From a virus (lineage: Duplodnaviria; Caudoviricetes), in IMG/VR virus record IMGVR_UViG_3300044842_000203, positions 1 to 64,000 of that record: a stretch of 64,000 nucleotides of DNA. One strand, written 5' to 3'. Made by a program: the position numbers and the translations under genes. The notes under the pieces were generated by a model. That model saw only the letters and a program-made list of their open reading frames with translations, was not told where the DNA came from and made no database searches. Numbering within the stretch: the first letter of the stretch is position 1; every line of letters starts with the position of its first letter. Shown piece after piece: positions 55,247-64,000 of the stretch.

Positions 55247-57894
55247 GGTTGTCCCCCAGTTTGTTCGGCTCGCCAGGCGGCGAGCATGCGGATCCACAGT
55301 GGCGCATCATCGGCGGGGCGGTGGTTGCCCGCGCCGATGATGTCTAGCTCGAAATCGTCGATGGTGATGGCGAGGTCATCGGCTGCGGTCGCGGTGTTCA
55401 CAGTGCCTCCGGTAGAGGTGACCGAGGGCGGCGATGACGAGCAGGCCGAGCAGGAAGTAGCCGCCGATGCAGACGAGTGCGATGGCGAGCACGGTGAGGC
55501 TGAGTGTTGCGACGCCATCGGCGGTTTTGCTGGCGGCCTTGCTGGTGAAGTAGATCATCGTTGGTGGTCCCTCGGTTGCGGGTTGGTTACACCCGGTGTA
55601 TCGCGGCCGGAACAGGGCGCATTACTTTGCAGCTACACAACTAGTCGGTGAGTGCTCCCTCGGCAATCAACGCCCGGATCAGTTCGGCCATCGCGTCGGC
55701 GGCCACCTCAGCCTTGAGCCCGTAATCCCAGTGCCGCGTATCCAGCTCGTCGGCAACCCGCTCCCACGTCTTGCCGAAAGTGCCGTCCAGGGAACGCACC
55801 ACCTCAAGAGCAGCAGCGACGCTAATCATGGTGCTGCCTCCGCTTCTGGGCGTACCGCTCGTCGGCGCAGATCACCGCGTAGTCCTCCGAGCCGATCAGC
55901 TCAGCCAGTACCGACGTTTTCGCCCGCTCGTGCCCCTCGTCGGTGATACCGCCCGACTCGGTGATCGCCTCGTCGTCCTCGACGATGGTCTCGCGGTAGG
56001 CGTCGAGCACGTGCCCGACGTCGGTGAAGCAATACAACGCTTCGCTGCCCTCCGGCAGCGCGTCGACCGGCTTCAAGCCGAGCGGCTCGCCCGCGCCGTT
56101 CAGGCCGAACCGGCGCCACTTGCCCCAGCAGGGCACATAAACGTAGAAGCCCACGTGCTCGCCCTCTGGTATCCAACGAATCGCGGGCGGGTCGACGTAG
56201 CTCACAGCTTCACCTCCGCGGGCGGGTCGAGCACAGTGAACCCGTTCTCCTCAGCAGCCGGGCGGTGCTGGGCGCAGATGCCGTGAAAAGCGTCGAAGTG
56301 AGGATTGCTGCTGACGGAACGACCATGCCGATATCCAGAGTCGTAGTAGCCGGCCGCGCAGCCAGTGCAGCGGCGAGACCAACGGCACCCCTCGGCGAGG
56401 GCGTCCCGGATGCGCTGCGGCCGACGACACAGATGCGCCAACCAATCGGCGTGCTTTGCGAGAGCGGCCTGTTCGCCGGGCAGCATCTCGGTGAGGATCC
56501 GTCGCTGTGCCTCGTCATCATTGCCTTCAATGATCAAGTTGAGCAGTTTGCCCTCGAATGAGATCGGCTCCTGCATGGCGTTACCTCCATATTCGGTAGA
56601 TGGCCCGCGCGGTGAACACCCCCACCAGTGAGCAGAGGCACAGGGCGTTGGCGAAGGCCAGGAGCAGGGCAAAGGGGTAGCCAAGATCGGCGGGGGTGAG
56701 CATCAGTACAGCTTGCGGCGTCGACCCCCGGCATGCCCGATGGCGCGCACGGAGCGCCACTCCAGATACGCCCAGCCGAGGCAGATCAGGGTCGCCCAGC
56801 CGGTCACCGGGGAGTGCGAGCCGAAGATGAACCACACGATGAACAGCGCCAGGCCGGGCAGGAACAGGATGCGCAGGGCGAGGCCGAGCAGCGCGAACGG
56901 AAGTGTGATCAGGGCGCGGATGGTGTTCATGCCTCCCGCCTTCCGGTCAGGGGCTCGCCCCACACGTAGTCGATGCCGGCGTGGATGGCGTAGGTGATCC
57001 AGCGGATCAGGGTGGTGCACACGGTGACGAGCACTGCCCAGGCGGGGATACCGGCCAGGGACCACAGGGCCATGTCGTCGCGAGTGTGGATGCGGCCAGT
57101 GTGCTTAGCGAGCAGCGCGGCGGTGACCATGCAGCCGACGAAACCCACAGCGAGGAACACCACGAACGTGAGGTTGATGGCGATATCCAGCGGAGTGGGG
57201 GCGTCGGGCCACCGTCGGTCGGGGTACCACTCGTCGCCGCAGGTGCGGCAGTAGTAGTAGGCGATGCCGATGTTGCGGTCGTCCTCGTGCCCGGTGAATG
57301 CCTCGTAGCATTCGGGGCAGTCGCGGCTGATGTAGCCGTTGTCGCGGCACTCATCTTCGGTGAGGATCGGGTCGGGGGCGCGGTCGCGGAGTAGTCCGAG
57401 CATGGTTATCGCCGCCCGTAGATGCCGGGCCGGGCCGCGGTGTAGGCGTCCCATTCGGCGGAGGTCATGATTTCGTTGGTGATGGGGTGGTGGGCGTGAC
57501 CAAACCAGGATTGGCACTGGTAGCAGGTCATGCGCTCGTCGCCGTGCATGCCGTAGACGCATTCGAGGGTGTCGTCGATTTGCAGAGCGGTGGCGAGGTC
57601 ACCGTCGATAAATGCCTGCCCGCGGCGCTCGTACAGGTCTTCGATGTGCGCGGCGCGGCGTTCTTCGCGTAGACGCTGCTCAGTGATGTGGTAGTGGCAG
57701 CGGTCTTCGCCGGGGGCTTTGGTGTTGTAGCACTCGATGCAGATGTGGGTGAGTTTGACGGCGGGCTCGCACCACCAGCGTTGCATCGGAGGGGTGGAGC
57801 GGCGCGGGCGGTAGTCGGCGGGGTCGTAGGGGATTTGCGCGAACTCGTCGAGCGGGTTGACGGAAGGCTGAGCGGCGTGGCCGGTGGCGTACAT
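55228..57894 (-). other. Cluster of small coupled hypothetical early genes (57406-57894, 56927-57403, 56703-56930, 56581-56703, 56202-56576, 55822-56205, 55641-55829, 55376-55558)
   Basis: Tight coupling, several TM or Cys-rich; promoter 57921-57944. Confidence 0.5.
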
Positions 57895-57983
57895 GATGTA
57901 CTCGATTCACTTCGGGGCTTGCCGGAACAACCACGACCCTACCACGATGCTCGGCAGGGTCGCTACTGGGTAACACGGGTGGG

Positions 57984-60900
57984 TTAGACGCGCTTGGCTT
58001 GACCTTCGATCAGGTGCACGCCGACCGGCTCCCCGAGCGCCGCCACCTCCGACCAGGCGCCCGGATCGGACAGGATCACCTCGGGCGCCGGCCACACGTA
58101 CACCTCGGGCAGTCCCCGGCACGGCCGGTACGGCTGAGTGCGCTGGCCGATCAACTGCACCAAGTCCCACCGCATACGGCGGGACTCCGACCAGCCCACG
58201 GCGGTGCGGCACGACAGGCGCGAGCATTCCCGGCTGAGGTCGAACTCCCAGTGCGCACACCACAGCACTGCTGTGCCAGCGTCCAACTTGGCGCGGATGT
58301 CGTCGGTGATCACAGCAGCACCGTCACGATCGCGGCCACCAGAAGCCATCCGATGTGCCACCACTGCGCAGCGGGATCGAGTGGCCAGTGCATGGGGGTC
58401 TCCTCAGTGGGGCCGGAACAGGGCCTAGCTATTTACCGCGGGTAGCGTGCGTGAGGCTGAATCTCTCACCGGGTACGGCGACGGTGAGCGGGCCACCGTC
58501 AGGCACCCAGAATCGGCGCGAAACCCCGTCGACGGTGCCGGTGATGATGTGCCCACCCTCGGCGGGTGGTTCGGTGGGCAGGTGCCGGCAATGCCCGCAG
58601 TCACAACCAGGCGTGGCCAGTTCGACCAATCTGGTCACAGCATGCGTCCCTTCATGTCGGCTTTGCACAGTCGGTCGATGCGGCGCGCAGCAGCGGCGAT
58701 CTGCTGCACTTCGCTGGTGGGTAGGCGCCGCAGCAAGGCGGCGATCTCCGTGTCCTCAGTTGCCTCGGGCAGCCCGCAGAGGACGTCCTCCGCGCTGATC
58801 TCAGCCGGCCCAGCCATGTCCCCGATCACCTCGTCGAGGCGGGAGTCGGGCATGGCCGGGTCGCACACCCAGCTGAGAACAACGACCACGGGATCAACAC
58901 CGCTAGCAGTGGCGTGGTCGTTGGCCAGGGAGCGGTACAACAGAGCATCCCGCATGGCCCGGATCTCCGTCGCGGATCGAATATCACCAGGACGCACGTG
59001 CTTCCAAGGCAGGTCAGGGGCGCGCATCACCACTCGTCCATTCGGGCTAGTTCCTCAACGCACCTGGCGCAACCGTCGCCTTCGCCGGGGCCGTGACCGT
59101 GGTCGCACCAGCGGCAATATTCGAGCCGGTGACCGTTGGCCTCAATCAGTGGCACGTCGTGTTCGCAGTATTCGTCGTCACGCAATTTGCGCCACTGGTC
59201 AGGGCCAGTTTCGAAGCTGCCGAACCCGGCGCGGTCAGGGTCGGGTGGCACCCATTCCTCAAGCCCAGCTCCCCAGATGATCGGCTGATCGGGGTATTCG
59301 GGCAGATCTGACCAGCGACCGATGAGAATGCCTTCGTAGTGCGGCGCTTCGTCGATCGGTAGCCACGTGACCGGGGACTCGGCGTACGGGGTGGTCCACC
59401 GCACCAGGGCTTTGACCAAAGGCTGGTCTTCGATCCACTCAGCGGCGGGGGTGTCCCACTGGCGGACGCATTCAGCCTCGAACGCAAGTTGCGCCATGTC
59501 GCCGTTGGGGCCAGGCGTGGCCGCGAAAAACCAGTCGGCGCGGGACTTGTACTGCCCGGCGCGCTGGCGCAGCCAGTCGAGTAGGGCTAGCCGGTGGTCG
59601 TGGGTCATGTCGGCGAGCTTCACCGCCACGGTAGGCAGCTGTGCCCGGCCGATCGGACTCAGTCCCGAGCCGGGCCGGTCAGCGACGCGCATACGCCACC
59701 AGGCGCCCTGGTCGAGGAGTTGGTTAATGCTCACCCGCTCCGGCGGTGGACCCACCTCATCGGCGCCTTCCCAGTCGTCCCACTCCAGGTCGTCGGCGAG
59801 CCACGCCCAGTGGCGGGCGGCTTCCCGCGCTTGCCGGTCGGCGGTTTCGCCGGGGGTTTCGGGCTGCCAATCGGTGGCGATGCGCAGGTAATGCCCGTGA
59901 CGTACGGGGGTGAGGGGGTGCTCATCGCTGTTGGGGGTGGTAATGCGAGCGGCGTGCCATCCACTGGTGATGGCTCGCGCGGCTAGCTGGGCGCGCTCAG
60001 GGTCGATGGCCAGCACTCCGGCCAGGGTTTGGGCGATAGTGTTGTTGAGTTCGTTGCGGGCGCTCATCGGCGTGTTTCCTTCCAACGTGACCAAGCGGCG
60101 TAAATGAACATCAGCGCCCAGGCGCCGAGGAACGCGGCAATGATCGGGTGACCAGTGGTGGTTTGGCGGTAGGCGAAAAAGGCCATAGCCAGTGCGGCTA
60201 GTCCGTGCACCCACCATCGGGCAGGGCGGGTGGCGCGCTGTTCAGCGGCGGCGGCGCGAGCTTTGAGATAGGCGCGGGCCGTATCGCGGTCGGGCATGCG
60301 GGTCATGACGTGTTCCGTTGTGCTTTGAGCGCGGCGGCGAGGGCGGCGTGTAACTGGTCTTTGCCGGGGCCGTCCCATAGGCCCAGCACGTCAGCGGCGG
60401 CGTCGACCATGGCGTCGGTGACGACCGGCTCTACCGGGGTGAAGATGGGCAGGTCGGGCCGGTCGAGGTGACCGACGATGCGTAGTCGCCGTTTTTGCTC
60501 AGGCTGGTCACCGGCTTGCCGAACAACCTCGACGACGGGGCCGCGGCCGAATGAGTTGGTGGCCAGGATGGTGCCCTCGGGCCACGGGAATGCGGCGTTG
60601 AGGGTTTGAGTGTCGTAGCCCATGGCAGGACCGAGTTCGCGGGCGGAGCACACCACGTCTAGGCCGCAGTTGTTGAGATATTCGAAGGCGGCGCGGGCGG
60701 TGGTGGCCCACACGAGGATTTGGCCTTGCCGATGGCGGTTGGGTTCGCCGAGGGCGTCGAGCACGTCGCGGGGCAGCCACGCGGAGCGCGCGAAATCACG
60801 CACCGCGTAAACCTTGAGTTCGCGGGCCATGGCTAGTCCTCTCGGGCGCGCAGAGCAGCAGCCAGTGCGTCACGAATGCGCTGGTCTCGGATGGGGGCTT

Positions 60901-61357
60901 CACCTGCGGGGCGGCCTTCATAGGCAAGGGAAAAAGCGCAGACCATGGCGTCGGTGACGATGGGCTCGTCCAGGTCGCCGGGGTTGGCGTGGTTGCATCG
61001 CCAGGCGCAAGAGCCGTCGATGAGTAGCGGCCAGCCGCACACAGCACCACCGTCGGTGATGGCTTCGCATTGCTGATCAATGGTGGGCAGCTCAGTGAAG
61101 GGCACGGCTTCGCCTGCGAGGTAGCGGTTCCACATGAGGCGTTGCGTGGGTGACAGGTGGGACAGATCGGGGTTCATGGGGTATCAGTAGTCCTCGCCGC
61201 ATTCGATGAGGCTGGCCATGATGGCGGCGGAGCGGCAGGCGCCGCGCCCGCGACGAAAGCCTTTGATGCGGGGGTGCGGGCCGGCGGCGTTGGAGCGGCG
61301 ACGCTCTTGGACCTCGACAACGGGACGGGGGACGGGGCGCATGGTAGGCGCGGACAC
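57984..61357 (-). other. Early operon of hypotheticals (61184-61357, 60833-61177, 60303-60830, 60064-60306, 59027-60067, 58635-59033, 58429-58668, 57984-58364)
   Basis: Coupled ORFs downstream of promoter 61383-61406. Confidence 0.5.
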
Positions 61358-61421
61358 GATGGTCTCCTGTAGGTAGGACTTGACCGGAACATGGTCGAGC
61401 CTACCACGCACCGCCGTGGCG

Positions 61422-61820
61422 TCAACCTGTTGCTTTACCCGAGTCTGTTGGGGATGTCGCGTGCCCGTGCCGGGTACCGGTGCGCCTCTTGCGTTCCATC
61501 TGCGCCACCTCGGGTGGCTGCTCTTGCCCCACGTTGTCGCGGCGACCCAGCTCGACGCGGGCGTCCTGCTGAGTGACGAGATGCATTTCGCGGCGCATGC
61601 CGTTGGGGTCGGCGTATTCCCACTCACCGAGCGGGTCGCAGGTCTCGGGCACGAAGTAGCGCCAGCGTTTCAGCCCGCACGAAGTGCAGTGCGCGCGAGT
61701 GACCCAGACGACGGGCTTTTGAGTGTCGTCGCGTTGCATGGGGGCGGGCCCGTGGTCCCAGGTGTGCTGAAATCCGCGGCAGGTGAGGTTTTGCCGCTGT
61801 GCCTGCATGAGGTCGATCAA
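61422..61820 (-). CDS. Hypothetical Zn-binding protein
   Basis: CR...H.W...CTSCG; RBS AGGAG; promoter 61858-61878. Confidence 0.6.
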   Translation of the reverse strand: MIDLMQAQRQNLTCRGFQHTWDHGPAPMQRDDTQKPVVWVTRAHCTSCGLKRWRYFVPETCDPLGEWEYADPNGMRREMHLVTQQDARVELGRRDNVGQEQPPEVAQMERKRRTGTRHGHATSPTDSGKATG

Positions 61821-62065
61821 AGGTTGCTCCTACGGTCCAATTGTCCGGCCGGGTGTGGCCGGAACGGTTTTCACCGTAGCGCGGGTTTCCGGGGGAGGGG
61901 ACGGGCCTCGTGTCTGGGGGAGGTCGAGGCCCGTCACTGGGGGCGATCATCATGGAACCGGGTGCCCGTTTGCGGTGGGTGGGCCAGAAACCCGGCGTGT
62001 TCCAGTGTGCACAGATGAAACCGCCCAGCGCGGTGTTGGTGCGCTGGGCGGTCGGTTTGGGGCGG

Positions 62066-62542
62066 TTAGCGGGCGATCTGGACGTAGTTGGTGAGTTTGG
62101 TGATGCCCGTGACGGTTCCCTCAGTAACGAGGTAGGGAGCGGCGGGGCGCAGCTTGCGGCGCACGGCCTCCAGGGAGCGATAGGTGCCATTGCGCTGGCC
62201 TTGCGCGGCCATGGTGCGTTCGACGGCGGCAAGAGCCTCGCGGGGAGTGCCTTCGAAGATGACGTAGGTCTTGCCCTCGGTGATGTAGATGCCTTCGACG
62301 CGGCGCAGAGCACTGATGTTGTGACCGGTGAGCTGACGAACCTTAGTGGTGATCATTGTTGCCTCTCTCGGATTGTGTGGCCGGAACGGTGGCGGTTAGC
62401 GGGTAGGTGGCTGGTCGCAGTGACACAGCATGAGTTCGCGGAAGTGCAAGTGACCGCTGCCGTAGCGAGGCCGTGAATCGCAGATGATGCAGGCTTCGTT
62501 GAGGGCTACGCCGTGCTCGCACTGAGCTTCGATGTGTTCCAT
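62066..62542 (-). other. Two small early genes (62396-62542, 62066-62356)
   Basis: Promoter 62560-62583, RBSs AGGAG and GAGAGG. Confidence 0.55.
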
Positions 62543-62659
62543 GGTGATGTCTCCTGGTGGCCGGAACAGGTCATACACTACCAGTATCGCGCAGCCACAA
62601 AGTAGCGTTACGCGGCGCGCCACCCGAACAGAGCAGTCACCGCGGGCTACCGTGCGCGC

Positions 62660-62821
62660 ATGATCGCCCTACTTGGCCTCCTGTTCATCCTCTGGATCGT
62701 GTGCATCCTGGTCGGCATCTTCGTCAAAGCCGTCGGATGGCTCCTGATCATCGGCCTCATCGGCCTGGTCATCACCGCACTCGGCGCCGTCGCCCGAGCC
62801 ATCTTCGGATCATCGCGCTAG
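62660..62821 (+). CDS. 53-aa 2-TM membrane protein, leaderless under late-type promoter
   Basis: Not in ORF track; MIALLGLLFILWIVCILVGIFVKAVGWLLIIGLIGLVITALGAVARAIFGSSR. Confidence 0.65.
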   Translation: MIALLGLLFILWIVCILVGIFVKAVGWLLIIGLIGLVITALGAVARAIFGSSR

Positions 62822-63763
62822 CCGATTCACCTTCGGCTTAATCCGAATCGGCAAGCTCGGGTCCTTCGGCCACCAATGCGCCGCGATGATGCGCCGCTCC
62901 CTGCGCCGATCCGCACCTGAACCCACCCACACCCACTTCGGGTAATCCTCCACCCACGTGCGGTGCCCTGGCGACGTACCCGTGCCCGGATTGACCACCG
63001 GGGGCGACTTCCGGCGCAGTGTGATCACCGTGACCTCACCGGGTAGCTCTGCGCGAGCCATCCGCCGGGCCTGCGCTCGCGGTGCCCGTTCAATGCTGTG
63101 ATCCGAGAGGGTTTCACCGAGCATCTGCCACAGTGCCAGGATCACCCGGCCGGTGTTGCGGGTAATGAACGCGACATCCCCCTCGGCCTCTACTCGCTGC
63201 CGGTCCAGCTTCGTGGGTTCGAGAACGTTGGGGCCGATGCGCAGCCCCATGGGCATCCAGTAAGAGGAGATACCGTGCCAGCGGCCGACAAAATTGCGGG
63301 TCACCGGATTCATCATGGCGGCGATCTCGTCCGGCTCCCGGTACAGGTCGTTGAACGTTTGCACCAGATAGCCGGGGTGGTTGTCCTGATCGGCGGAAGG
63401 TCCCCACGCCACGACGTGCATGATGATCTGCCGGCCGCGTAGCTCGGTGAACCTGATCGGCTCCTCGAACACGGCGAAACCCCACTTGCGGGGTGGGGCG
63501 GTTTCCTCGTCGAGGCGGGTGGTGTCGCGCATGTCGACAGCGCGCAGGTCGATGGGTGCGGTCATGTTCGCGGTGACCCAGTAGGGGCGGGCGTCGCGCA
63601 GGTTGCGGGCGATCACGTGGGCGATGTGGCCGCCGGGCCGGACCACGCTGTCTAGCTCGGCAACCTTGTCGAGGTATTCGGCGAGGCGAGTGGAACGCCC
63701 GTCGCCCAGCGTCTCAACGAGGTCGAGGTGCTGGGCGAGGACGTCGAGGGCGGTGAGCTTCAC
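62810..63763 (-). CDS. Conserved actinophage-type hypothetical protein
   Basis: GTGA-coupled start MKLTALDV; VITLRR..HRTWV...W C-terminal motif. Confidence 0.65.
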   Translation of the reverse strand: MKLTALDVLAQHLDLVETLGDGRSTRLAEYLDKVAELDSVVRPGGHIAHVIARNLRDARPYWVTANMTAPIDLRAVDMRDTTRLDEETAPPRKWGFAVFEEPIRFTELRGRQIIMHVVAWGPSADQDNHPGYLVQTFNDLYREPDEIAAMMNPVTRNFVGRWHGISSYWMPMGLRIGPNVLEPTKLDRQRVEAEGDVAFITRNTGRVILALWQMLGETLSDHSIERAPRAQARRMARAELPGEVTVITLRRKSPPVVNPGTGTSPGHRTWVEDYPKWVWVGSGADRRRERRIIAAHWWPKDPSLPIRIKPKVNRLAR

Positions 63764-63963
63764 TTCTCGTCTTTGCCGGGCACGTACACGATGCCGTCGC
63801 GCAGGTGCTCGGGAATGAGGCGTTCCAGCTTGAATGCCTCGTAATCGCGAGCATCGTAGGCGACCATTCGCGGGTCCTGGTCGAGACCGTACTCGCGGGC
63901 CCATCCGGCGACGCTGACCTCGACGGTGCCGCCGACGCGGATGCGCACCACCTGGTCGCGCAC
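63760..63963 (-). CDS. Hypothetical protein (may start beyond the window)
   Basis: ORF coupled to downstream gene. Confidence 0.45.
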   Translation of the reverse strand: MRDQVVRIRVGGTVEVSVAGWAREYGLDQDPRMVAYDARDYEAFKLERLIPEHLRDGIVYVPGKDEK

Positions 63964-64000
63964 GACGCAGGGCTGCTCACCGGATTCGACGGAGATGCGG

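Overview
GC-rich actinobacterial phage or phage-plasmid sequence; sortase F, SsgA-like, XRE/DUF397 and TraB genes point to a filamentous actinomycete host. Bases 1-42.6 kb hold a minus-strand virion operon for a contractile-tailed phage. It runs HK97-type portal, MuF, a 2H-phosphoesterase multidomain protein, a 3168-aa prohead-protease/DarB-like (methylase+SNF2 helicase) giant, major capsid, neck, sheath, tube, chaperones, tape measure, LysM, SLT/NlpC hub, baseplate and fibre. Accessory genes are interspersed (STAS, sortase+substrate, YdjM-like hydrolase, DUF2786, DUF932, zincin). Bases 44.4-51.8 kb carry an XRE/DUF397 pair and a Streptomyces-type conjugation module (GntR/Kor repressor with twin operators, Spd-like, TraA-like, TraB FtsK, repeat arrays). 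Bases 51.7-64 kb are small leftward early-type genes. Main sequence-level observations: (1) two promoter-like grammars, CGYGNC-N26/27-(-10) for virion genes, often leaderless, and TGR-TAnnnT-N6-YGTTCCGG for early genes; (2) a copy of the early promoter plus RBS inside the giant gene just after its protease domain; (3) a TnpV-like gene overprinted in another frame within the giant gene; (4) recurring E-x-K-[A/S] putative maturation-cleavage sites at domain boundaries of head proteins; (5) two head-to-head 12-bp-period GTGACT arrays around the traB end. No terminase, integrase, endolysin, tRNA or CRISPR was recognised in the window. All family calls come from motif recognition by eye, not database searches.
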